64,000 bases of DNA from Picochlorum sp. SENEW3. Its lineage: Eukaryota. Shown one piece after another: positions 1-10,950 of the stretch. The stretch is taken from the NCBI GenBank assembly GCA_034226945.1, contig CP120458.1:992001-1056000 (forward strand). The letters are read 5' to 3'. The position numbers and the translations under genes were made by a program. Every line of letters starts with the position of its first letter. Within the stretch, counting starts at the first letter, position 1. Under the pieces are notes generated by a model, which was given only the letters and a program-made list of their open reading frames with translations, was not told the origin of the DNA and searched no databases.

Positions 1-64
1 TGGGTTCTCTGGGTCCTTGAGACGGGTTTTGATCCGTCAAATCATGAGCATTGCTGTATTGTAG

Positions 65-783
65 GAGAGAAGCGACAGTTTATGGTCACTGGGACTCATA
101 TACAGGAATGTAATGTGGTGAAGAAGAAATTTAGCTCTTGGTTTGTTGATGACTCTATTATTCAGGATGGTTCCCTGTACATCTGGACACCGATTCATAT
201 AGTATTCCTTGTTCTGCCAGCACTAGAGAAAGCAAGAGAACAGGGGACATTTTGTGGTATAGATCATATTGTAGAGTGCCTCGATTGTGGCAGTGATGCA
301 TTTGCTGTGATGGACATTGTTCGTGCACAGCAGCAAAAGTTGCAGAATGTGTGCGAGTTCAAAGAAAATGGCGGTGAATTGTATTACAAACTCAATGACG
401 ATAAAATGAAGGCATGGCTTCAGGGGAGGGTTGTGCGGCTGGAAAATGATTTGAAGAAGAAGGATGATGCATTTGGGAGTCTGTCTGATGCAGCATTGCA
501 TCTGTATAGTGTTGGCATGGTGTCTGAATATCTCTCTGATGTTTGGAGTGAGGCATTGTATGAACTCTATAACCTCGAGAAGCCTGCTGCAGTGCCTGAA
601 TCCAATGTTGTAGATGATGTGATTGTGCAGAAGGAAGTTAAAAAGCCACGAGTTGATCCAAAGCAGCTTCAAAAGGCTCGAGCATTGGAGGCAAAGAAAG
701 AGGCCAAGGCAAAAAAGCTCGCCAAGGAGTCTGCTGGTATGAAAAAAATGAGTGCCTTTTTTAGTGTTAAGAAAAAGAAGTAA
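65..783 (+). CDS. RNASEH2B: Ribonuclease H2 subunit B (last exon; 5' part lies upstream of the window)
   Basis: ORF 82..783 has SWFVDDSIIQDGSLYIWTP..FLVLP, YYKLNDDKMKAWL and the basic C-terminus GMKKMSAFF typical of the Ydr279/RNase H2B family. An acceptor (ttgtag) ends at 64. Confidence 0.85.
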
Positions 784-1234
784 AATGTAGATCATGTAGC
801 TATAATTCTAGGACAGAACTGATGTTGACCAAAATCAGGTGAAAACAAAAAAAATTGCCTGAAGAGTGAACACTGCTGCCATCATATCATCGTCCACCGT
901 ATTGTATCGTCTCAATACTTTTCATCTGGATATGCATCTGCGCTACGGTCTATTTGCTCCCTGAGGCCTGTTCCCTTCTTGGGGTCTGTTCCCTGCTCCT
1001 GCAGGTGAATTGACGGGATCGGATGCGCCACCTGGTTCCATGTCATACGAGGGAGCGGAATCCTCATTCGAGGTATACGAGTATGGACAATTCTCCACTG
1101 TACTCATCTGTACAGGAAAGTCATCCCATTCCAAATTGAGGCTTGAAAAGTCATATTGTAATTAATACATTAATATTGAAAAATGCAATATACTACCATC
1201 TAATTCACACAAATTCATGCGTAGGTTTACTACT

Positions 1235-2366
1235 TCAACATTCAAATTCACCTAGGCCTGTTTCACTGCCTTCCTTGCTTAATGCAGTTTCTGTCTTAAG
1301 GACTGACGACCTCACCCGCTCTACACTCATGATTCTCGTCTTGGCACTCACACCACTAGTAGGCAGTGCATTATGCCGTGTACCCGGTGGCATAAATGGC
1401 TCCAAAGACGACCATATCCATTTGAAGAAGCCTTTGAAGGTGAGTCTGCGAATTTCCCAGTCCTCCAGGGGTCTCACAAAATCTACAGAACGCTTCCCTT
1501 CAAAGAAATCTAAAGGCTCTGGTGTACCATGAGAGGTTCGAGCAGGAATATTCTGAGGCTCTGACAATGTCCTAAATTCCCATTCTGCGGTGACGGTGAA
1601 TAAGATGAAATTTCTAAAATAATTGGACACGGCTGGCCCACAGTTACATGCCAAGTCATTCAAGGCATAAATGCTCCATTCAAATACTACACAGTCCGCA
1701 TCAGCGACCACTTCAAAGGAACCTTTGTTTTCAAAACCTGTAAATAAAGGATTATATGCTTGGATGAGATAATCATGTAGTAGACACCACACATGGACAC
1801 AACGCACCGATATACACGCCAAAAACGTTGAGCAGGCCTATATCAAACGCCATCCCACTATAAAAGTTTGCTGTGCTCAAAACACCGTCTTTTTCATTTC
1901 TAATACAATGAGCTTTTCCTTCAATAAGAAGAACAAAGGTGTCGGTGGCTTGCTGTCTGTCGACAATTTTCTCCCCAGCTTTGACTTTTCGAAACTTTCC
2001 CTTTTTCAGGACCTGCTTGACTTCCAGGGAGCCCATTCCCCCTCTCCGGCCAAAGAAAGACCTCATTTGTTTTTCATCCTCTGTCTTGAATTTTATGGGC
2101 CGCTCATCCGACAGTAACCTCACAATGGCTGAACCATGGACAATCAAGTTCATGCAACTCCAAACTATTGTCGAGATTTCGATACGACCTGTCGATTGGT
2201 AATCTGGCCAATTTGGAAATCCACACAATCCGTTTGTGAGGAGAAAGGTATATGCTAGAAAGAGGAAGATACGAATCAAAAGGATGTCAGCAAACAAACC
2301 ACCAAGGAAAAAGCAACAAGACGACGCCTGGCCCCATGGACCCGGAGGGTCCATCACCGAAACCAT
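1235..2366 (-). CDS. Popeye-domain (POPDC/BVES-like) membrane protein with cNMP-binding-like domain; 3' end uncertain, may splice into 943..1134
   Basis: Three N-terminal hydrophobic helices (FFLGGLFADILLIR; IVWSCMNLIVH), then DERPIKF..E and a cNMP-type beta-roll (GEKIV..FVLLIEG..VVADADCVVFEWS). A GT-AG intron at 1807..1738 joins ORFs 1773..2366 and 1235..1822 in frame (GVYIG|FENK). Confidence 0.7.
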
Positions 2367-2669
2367 CTTAGATTGTAATTAAACACATAAAGTTTTGGTC
2401 TTTTTTCTCGATCCATCGGGTTTTGGTGTGCAGGTGAGGTGACGAATGATGTTCCCGTTACCACTGTCGCCACAAATTCCATCAGCACCTCGATCGAGGA
2501 CCGGTCGCGATCGGTCCATTCACGCTGATTGCTGACTCTGCACTTTTGGGCTCATGTACACGCGGCAACCTCAGATGTTGTCTCGGATATGACGACCGTA
2601 AGGGTTTGGCCCCTGTTCCAGTGCAAATCTCTAAAGAAGTCTAATTTACTTGCAAATTCACACACCAGA

Positions 2670-4118
2670 ATGTCCGTCAGAACACCAACGGTACCAGTGC
2701 CTCCCAAGAGAGCTGTCCCAAGTGACACGGTCGTCTACAAAGACATTTCCGCATTGATCACCAACAATGATTCACTTGGGGAAATTTTTGATGCGGCAAT
2801 GGTTGTAAAGGGAAACGAGATTGTGTGGGTGGGGAAGCAAGCTGACTTGCAGGATACTTGGAATGCTGACAAGGTTGTGTCCATGGCCAACACAATTGTC
2901 AGTCCAGGGCTGATTAATACCCATAACCATATGAACCAGACGCTTGTTCGATGCATCGGTACAGACTATCCTTTGTTTAATTGGTTATTATCCTTGTATC
3001 CTGGAATGGCCACATACACAGGGGAAGATGTGTACGTGTCTGCAAAATTGGCCATGGCTGAGCTCATCATGAATGGGTGCACAACATCTTCTGATCACTT
3101 GTATGTGTACGCAAATGATGTTACCCTGGATGACACAATTCGAGCTTCGAGAGAGATCGGTATGCGATTTCAACCTGTAAGGGGCATCATGACAATGGGA
3201 GCTTCCAGGGGGGGCTTGCCTCCTGATGAAGTGGTGGAAGACCTGGAATCAGCTCTGGCTGACACAGAGCGCCTCATCCAAGAGTTTCATGATGATACCA
3301 AATTCAGTATGTTGAGGATTAGTGTCGGTCCCTGTGCACCTTTCACTGTGGAGAATGAGTGCATGACCAGAGGTGCTGACCTTGCGCGAAAATACAAAGT
3401 TCGCCTGCACACCCATCTCGCAGAAAACACTCAGGACCTCGAATACTGTCGTAAGAACTACGACTGCACTCCTGCAGAGTATATTAAAAAAGTTGGATGG
3501 GACCAGGATGACTGCTGGTTTGCTCACTGCACATTGGTGACCAAGGAAGAGATACAACTCTTCTCTGAGCGCGGGATAGGAATTGCCCATTGTCCCTCAT
3601 CAAACTGCAGATTGGCGTCAGGCATTTTGCCTTCAAGAGAAGTATTGGATGGTGGAGTAAACATTGGCCTTGGTGTCGATGGAGCTGCATCAGAAGACTC
3701 TCAGAATCTTTTGGAACAGATGAGGTGGGCGATGATGCTGCAGAGAGGACGCCTGCAAGATGTTAAGGGACTAAAGTTGCGGGAGGCATTTTACATGGCT
3801 ACGAAAGGAGGTGCCAAGAATCTTGGTCGGGATGATATTGGAGAGCTATGTCCAGGTTTTGCGGCCGACTTTGTGGCTTGGAACACAAAGGGCAATCTCA
3901 GCCTTGCTGGCTCATTGCACGACCCTGTTTCTAGTTTGGTTTTATGCACACCTGGACCAGTGTATTACGCCGTGATTAATGGAGAGATGATTGTTGACAA
4001 GGGTAAATTTACAACCATTGATGTAGAATTCTTGGTTGAGGATCACAACAAGAGGTCTGCCAGAATATGTGCCATATGCAAGGAGAGTGAGAAGGCTGCA
4101 GCACATTTATCAGTTTAA
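2670..4118 (+). CDS. Amidohydrolase, 8-oxoguanine deaminase / AtzB-like
   Basis: Motifs PGLINTHNH..Q, SSDHLY, GPCAPF, LHTHLAE, WFAHC, AHCPSSN.RL and GLGVDG. Likely ATG at 2670. Confidence 0.85.
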   Translation: MSVRTPTVPVPPKRAVPSDTVVYKDISALITNNDSLGEIFDAAMVVKGNEIVWVGKQADLQDTWNADKVVSMANTIVSPGLINTHNHMNQTLVRCIGTDYPLFNWLLSLYPGMATYTGEDVYVSAKLAMAELIMNGCTTSSDHLYVYANDVTLDDTIRASREIGMRFQPVRGIMTMGASRGGLPPDEVVEDLESALADTERLIQEFHDDTKFSMLRISVGPCAPFTVENECMTRGADLARKYKVRLHTHLAENTQDLEYCRKNYDCTPAEYIKKVGWDQDDCWFAHCTLVTKEEIQLFSERGIGIAHCPSSNCRLASGILPSREVLDGGVNIGLGVDGAASEDSQNLLEQMRWAMMLQRGRLQDVKGLKLREAFYMATKGGAKNLGRDDIGELCPGFAADFVAWNTKGNLSLAGSLHDPVSSLVLCTPGPVYYAVINGEMIVDKGKFTTIDVEFLVEDHNKRSARICAICKESEKAAAHLSV

Positions 4119-4188
4119 TTGGAATTGGGCTTGGATTGTCCGACTCGCGAAACAGTTACATTTTCATTCTGATCTTCTGTAATTAGTG

Positions 4189-6989
4189 TCACTTTTCCGT
4201 TAGTTCACGACAGCCCTCCCAAGTTGCAGGTGGAATTCCACCTTGTGATTGCATGAATGCTAAGAGTGCCATTGATGGCCCATCGCCCAAGTCCTTCAGC
4301 CTTTCAAGTATTCCCATAGACTGTCGCCATCGGCCTTGTATATATAGAGTATATGCCTCGTGAAACGTATCAAGAAGTTCAATACCATCAGGGGAGGATA
4401 TCCATGGAACAGACGCAATGTCTGGGTGCTCATCAAATTCATCAAGGTATGGGTAGTCTGAAAAACTCAAATGTCCGCCAGACTCGTGTCCATTTTGCTC
4501 CGAATTGAAACTGCTTCTTCTTCCCTGAGAAGAGTCCCGTCCTCTATGACTTGTTTCTTCTCTAAAATCGGCCTTGATTGTGTACAGCGTGGTTGGAATA
4601 AAACTACCTTTGACAAGAACCGTATCAATAGCTCGGCACCTTTCCTGATTTTGCGGGGACAAGAGAGAGTAAAAACTGTCTGACAGCAGAATGGGTACAT
4701 GATACTGTTTGGTGGCTGCTTCCAACCTTGCTGCCATATTCACATGCGGAGACAAGTACGACGGATCAATTTTATGATGGGAACCAATGGCCCCCTCAAT
4801 AGCCCATCCAACATGTAATCCAAATCCCATGCTTGCCCTGAAACCAGGAATCTTTTCTTGCATATCTTCTCTGTCGCAAAATTTTTTCAGTTTTGAGGAC
4901 CTATCTATCGCTGATTTTATGATTATCATCGATGCAAGAGCTGCGTCCGCAAGGTGCTGAGTTATCTGCAACTGTATGTCCGGATCTTGATCACCACCCC
5001 AGAGCATTGCTGCCTTTGCCTCTATGATGCTGCCACGCGATCTTTTATACTTTTCCTGACATTCTGGTAATTTCCATACTACCAGAAAGGCATCACCAAT
5101 ATTCTTATTTGGTGCTCCACCGTGGAAACTTACCTCTGCATGCACAATCGATGCAATGCAATTCACAAACTCCATGATGTCCTCTTGCAGAACTTCTGTT
5201 GCAGAGGTAAAATTTCGAATGTCACAAAACCCAAATATTGCCCTCACTCTTCTTCCTGGGAGCATGGGATTTATATCACCTCCACTTTTGATATTGTTGG
5301 CAATGATCTCCGCCCCTGCTTCCCCAAACCCAACTGAGAGCAGGTTGCAAACTTTTCCAATAGACCGCTCCAAAACTCTTGTTTCCAATTGCTTCGACTT
5401 TTGCTTTTCATCTTTATTGACATCTATCTTAAGCGATGATAATGGATTCTCACTCATTTGTTTGACCTGCTGTACCATTCTTTCAATGGGCTGCAGTACT
5501 AACGAATCTGCATCTCGAATGAAAAAGACAGCACCCAGTGATAGCACCATGAGGAGGAATGTGATCCTTGCAATATCTAGTAATGCCTGAAATTGCACAT
5601 CCCATCTCACATCAATCCAGGCTTCTGTAATATTTGCTGCAATACCATCAATGTCTGCTACCTGAAATAAAAGATCGCAAGGCTGTGATGCATTCTGAAC
5701 TTTTGCTTGCATATACAGTCTCTCAGAGACAAATTAACGTACCTGAACTGACGTCGACTGCTTTTCGGTCCTCCTCAGATCGTTAAATCGCTCAGATTCA
5801 AAGAAAGTGATATTGTGGACAACTAACTTGATCAATCTACCGGTGGTTCTGCCACCAACTTTGTATTCATTCTCATGCTTGTAGTCCCTTAACGCGCTCT
5901 GGAAAGCTGATGAATTGCCTTCGTTGGCAAAGAGATTATGCAAAGTAACGACCCCTCCTTCCTCAAAAGACGTGGCACTGCCATAAAAAACCCAGGAATC
6001 AAACACGGGCAAAACAGATAGAAGGATCAAAACTCCAAGGATCACTTTCCTCATTGTCATCTCCGTCAACTTTTCCCCAACCCTTGTTTGTGGCTTTAAT
6101 GTGGTCATCTGGAATTGCATTGCACCGTTTTCACTTTCACTCTCACTTGTAGACCTGGATAATCGTAAATCAGATGCTTTGTTGGTTCGCAGACGAAGGC
6201 GCTTTGCTCGAAGCCTGAGTAACTGCAGAACTGAGATAACTTGCATGATCCTAGCTGCCCGTGCCCCTGCTTGAGCGGCCTTGGCCATCCTCTCGAGTGT
6301 CAAATGACGATTGGAATCATCTGAGTCAATTGTTATTAGATCCACAAAAGCTGGAATGTCACATAGAAGCGAAAAAGAAGCCACTAAATCCATCCAGAAA
6401 TAAAACCTGAATGAATCATTGGGCATGGTGATGAAATGCAAATGATATCGAGCAAATACGTTCTAGTACACACCTGAAGAAGTATCCTGGTCGGCATAAT
6501 GAAGAGAGAGTGATCTCTACCGCGAATATAACCACTGCGGTGATGACAAACGCGAGGAAAAATGGATCTAAATTTGAAGGTGCAACTGCAACCCTAATGA
6601 GGTCCGCATATAAAATCTGCAATGCACACATGTTACTATCTCAAAATCTCATTCAAATGATTCCGCAATGCCACATATGGAACACGTACCAATAAAGTAA
6701 AGATGATGGAAGCCAACGTGAAAGGAACTCCATCCATCTTCCGCCTCAATTTCTTCTTCCACTCTTCATTGCATTCACTCTTCCCCTTGAATAACTCAAT
6801 GATCGATTTTTTCTGCTGGAGCTTTTCTACATATGCTTTTGCTTCTATCTGAATCATGGAAGAATCTCTCTTGGAACTTTTCGATAGCGGACTAACACTA
6901 GACAACTCACTGTGCCGTTGCCCAGGACTCTCCACGGATTCCTCTTTCTCCTCTCCCGCCATTGGAGTATCACGATCAGGAGCCCCCAT
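4189..6989 (-). CDS. Class III adenylyl cyclase with N-terminal ion-channel-like voltage-sensor TM domain (ACalpha type); multi-exon
   Basis: Catalytic motifs FCDIRNFT, NKNIGDAF and GFGLHVGWAIEGAIGS..KID.SYLSPHVNMAARLE. Upstream exons (5734..6441, 6416..6631, 6636..7013) encode TM helices including FWMDLVASFSL and an S4-like RMAKAAQAGARAARI..LLRLR. Confidence 0.85.
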
Positions 6990-7265
6990 TCGGAATAGAA
7001 TAGTTATTAACACTAGAGTAGCCTCAACACGTGGATGGCATCATATTGACTTGACACACTATGTGTCCAGTCATTGCCCTTCATGCACTCGAGTGGTCTC
7101 ATGTCACCCAACAAGACATTCCACGAATTCCACGAAGGAAAGGTCCATTTTCTATATCTTAAGTACCTCAAAAGCAATACTGTAGTACAAAGATCAGACA
7201 TATCATGATTCCAAGGTCCTAGAACAGATCTAGGCAAACCATCGACTGCCTCGATGTTGCTGTTG

Positions 7266-8105
7266 TCATGCCAATCTCATAGACTCAATCTTGACGAGAA
7301 TCTCGGCACATTTCTCCAATCTTCCCAGACATTCATCTTGGATGTATGAATCATTCAATTGGGCAGACACATGATCCATATACATCCACATATTCTTAGC
7401 CACATTACCTTGGAGGCATTCAATACTTTGGGAAGCACCCGCCTCTTTGGCATCTTCCATCTTTTCTTCTCCGATAGATTTCCCTTCTATTACAACAGGA
7501 AGATCGCACGACACACAGAAAATACGATCATGCTTTCGTATTAGAGGCGTTTGACATCTACACCACACATGCATCACATGGTGACTCAACCTGCACAAAT
7601 CCTGCACAAAACGTAAACTCGACACACCTGGGACAATGATCCGCGAGCAACGTCCACCCACGCAGCATTCTATCTGCTAAAATACTTGAAACATCACTGG
7701 GAGCATCAGCAACGTGCTTCTCAATTGCAGGCACACTATTTTCTGTCTCATCTTGGTGTTCTTCTTCTTCCACAGCAAGCTCAGTCCCATTTTCTGCGAG
7801 ACAGTCAAACTCTCTTCCACATTGAACGCATGTGTCACGAGTACCTTCGGGATTCCTCATCAATGGGACCTGAATATAATCGATATTTTCTACTGATACT
7901 GCTACTAGGCAACCAAGAGTATGTCCACTCGACACAAAGCTGACCAATGCGCATACATTGTCTCTCAAAGGAAATCTATTTCAAAATAAGACCGTACCAT
8001 GCAATCAGGACAGGATTCCGCCAACATGCAGTAGCCTTTCAACAGCAGGTCCCCCATTGTCGCAACGGAACGAGTCGTCGCCTTGACTTTGCGTTCTCCA
8101 TTCAT
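7266..8105 (-). CDS. SSSCA1: SSSCA1/ZNRD2 (Auto_anti-p27) Zn-ribbon protein with two ribbon domains; 3 exons
   Basis: Spliced product reads MGDLLLKGYCMLAESCPDCM|VPLMR..CVQC and MLRGWTLLADHCPR|CQTPLIR..FCVSC. ATG at 8105. Confidence 0.8.
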
Positions 8106-8301
8106 ATCAGAGGTCATACCGATGGAACAATGTACTTAAATATTTTCTATAATGCTTCTAAACACCTCGAAAGAAGCATCTTTACACAAAAACGCATGGG
8201 TGCACTCTGTAAAAAAACATTAAAGTGATCCTCCCGGATCAAGGCGTCTTGCACGAATCTATGCATTTCTTAATGCTTAAAATTACTATTAATTAATATT
8301 T

Positions 8302-9377
8302 ATGGCAGCATCGTCGGGACAGGATTCGAAAACGTACCAACTGACTCTTGTCACGAATTCTGACAAGCACCGATTGCTGAAAAATGTGATCTTTGTAGCA
8401 TGCGGCGTGGTAATATCTAGCATTTACACTATTCTTAGGAATAGGTTTGACCGACGTCGAAGGCGTTTGAGGGGAGGATGTGGATATAGTCAAGGGGACC
8501 TACTGCTCAACCAACTGTTCCAGTCCAGGCAAGATATTGACACCATCCTGAATGCCCAATATGGTACCAGGACGGATGACGAGCTTTTTCATTACACAAA
8601 AGAGGGGTATCGCTCATTTGTAGAAAGGGTTGGTGTCCTTGCTGAGAGGTTTTGTGAGAAATTAAAAGACTTTACAGGAGAACGGGGAGAGACAACAGCG
8701 CTGGATATTGGCTGTTTGACTGGAGGTGTCAGCTTTGAGCTGGCGAGGTCTTTTCAGACAGTGTATGGATGTGATCCGTGCAAGGAATGCATCCGTGCTG
8801 CTGATGTGCGTTGCATGTTTACATGGCATCCCAGTGGTACACATCTGATGACGCTTATGTGAATGTATGTGTGTAGGCGATGAGGTCGAGGGGATGGATG
8901 AGATGCAATATTATTGAGGAAAATGATTTATATTTCGAGGAGACATTGACGCTGGATGCAGATATTGATAGAAGCAAGGTAAACTTTGCTGAACTCTCAT
9001 TTGAGACATCATGGAGCAATGCATTCAAGCAGCCCTTTGACTGCGTCGTTGCTGTACATGCATTACAACGGATGAATTCTCCAGAGACGCTTCTGACGTC
9101 GATGGTAGATCTAGTCGCCCCTCATGGGACATGCATACTTGGATGTTCTTGTGACTGGTCTGAAGAGTCAACACCAAGATCACATTGGCTTGGAGGATAC
9201 GTAGCAAAGGATGGTACCCCCATCAAATCTATTGACACTATCAAGACATTAATGTCGCAGTACTTTTCGTTGGTTCACGAGGAGAATATACCATTCGTTA
9301 CGAGAGAAACTTCAAGAAAACTGACAGCATCCTTGATGAGCATCACAGTCTGGAAACGAGACGTTCCTTCTTCTTGA
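8302..9377 (+). CDS. SAM-dependent methyltransferase resembling the OvoA C-terminal (mercaptohistidine N-methyltransferase) domain, with an N-terminal TM helix; 2 exons
   Basis: Motifs ALDIGCLTGGVSFELARSF..VYGCD, W.EESTPRSHWLGG and IPFVTRETSRK..TVW. Intron gtgcgt..gtgtag at about 8807..8877. Confidence 0.7.
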
Positions 9378-9387
9378 CTGAACCATA

Positions 9388-10215
9388 CTATTTTTTACCT
9401 CGCTTTTTTAAATTCTTTTTACCTCCCCGACTACAGGAAGTTTTGCACTGCTTCCCCTTGCCACCACCACCAGAAGAAAATTTCTTCTTCCCCTCCACCT
9501 TCATCTTTGTATTCGACAACACAGTTAGAGCAGTTTTGCTCAGCTTATGTGCAGGCTTTGCACTTTTTCCATCCGCTGCGCTATCAGTGCTCTTTTGATG
9601 CATCGATTTTTTCCTCTCCGCACTGGCAGCCAACATCTGCTCCTCATCACTATCATCTCCAGTCGACAAGGCGCACACTTTGACCGTACTCCTCATCTCC
9701 CTTCCATCAAATACACTCACACGCTCCTCACCAGACTCTGATTCCGAGCCCGACTCTTCATTGTCCTTCAAGTTATATTGCTGCCGTCGAGCCTCCCGCC
9801 TCTGCATCACAAAAAACACACACAGTGTGTCAAGAAGAAGATATGCAACACGCTTGACCAACATATATTTCACCCACCTCTGCTCGTTCCTCCAACACAT
9901 TCTCCCTCTGTAATTTTTCTAGTGACTTGATGGCTTCCTTCCGCCTCTGTTGCTTCCGTTTCCGAAAACCAGTCACGAATTCCCTACGCACAGGCACATG
10001 CATGTCACATAAACCCGACTCCATCTCGTCTCATCCCACAAAACCACGCACCTGTGAGAATCTGGATCAAATACAATCTCTACATCTTTATTCCGCTGCT
10101 TCCGCTTGGAGACATGCGTGCCATTGTCAGCATGACTTTTGTAAGCCACAGCCAACGAGTCTACAAACCGACCTTGGTTCGCCGATATCCCATGAGGATA
10201 TCGAGTACGTTTCAT
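9388..10215 (-). CDS. RRP17: Ribosomal RNA processing protein Rrp17/Nop25 (NOL12); 3 exons
   Basis: Spliced motif EIVFDPDSHR|EFVTGFRKRKQQRRKEA..ERAE|RREAR and a basic C-terminus. Confidence 0.8.
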
Positions 10216-10336
10216 GGTCAGACGTATTTTAAATCTACTACTGGTTCAGAAATGATGAGTCATTTTGATCGCGACAGCCATGCATTTGATTCTATTTACA
10301 ACAACAAAAATTCACATGACAATCTGATGCAGTGCA

Positions 10337-10582
10337 TCAATCCTGATGAGCTCTTTTCGCACTCTGAGGCTTTGCAAACATACTAGGTGTATCGATAGAC
10401 TTCATGCAACATAAACCCACTCCCAGAGAGAACCCTAATATCAGAAATGCTATAAAACCTTCCAAAATCTTGACCTGGTGCTCACAGGATGCATCACACG
10501 TCGTGTAAGGTGGCCCCTCGCTTCTACTGTCGCCCTTCACGGCCGCAACTAATGATACAAGTAATAAAAAGAGTGTCTGCAT
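10337..10582 (-). CDS. Small type I membrane protein, V-ATPase AP1/Ac45/Voa1 C-terminal-like
   Basis: Signal peptide, CDASC..K.LEG, one TM helix and GLCCMKSIDTPSMF, matching the C-terminus of plant V-ATPase AP1-type proteins. Confidence 0.65.
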   Translation of the reverse strand: MQTLFLLLVSLVAAVKGDSRSEGPPYTTCDASCEHQVKILEGFIAFLILGFSLGVGLCCMKSIDTPSMFAKPQSAKRAHQD

Positions 10583-10950
10583 GCTTCTACTACCCGCAGG
10601 ATGAAGCAGTCCTTGCAGAATCGATTCTTGATTTCTTGATCCCCTTTATTCCCGACGATGCATCAACAACAACCGCAATAATAAGCCTTTTATGTATTAT
10701 TTACACTATATGTAGTATTATCTATGCAAGGGTTGCTGAGACAATTGTGATTTTGAAGCAATATGTCCCTCCGATGTCCTAAATAAAAAGTATAAAAACA
10801 AATCACGAGGACGGATTGTGTGTACGTCACAATGGCTCTCATTGAATAGAATATATTTATTTGTATGTGTATGTACACCCTACGCATGGTACCTGTGTAG
10901 GGAATGCTTTCAACATCGTTGCTGCTACCTTCATGTGAGTCGCTTTCTTC

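Noticed and set aside
943..1134. Independent small gene with GNRPQ repeats
   Set aside because: The ORF is called from a TTG. It is more likely a last exon or 3' UTR of the Popeye gene, and the splice acceptor is ambiguous.
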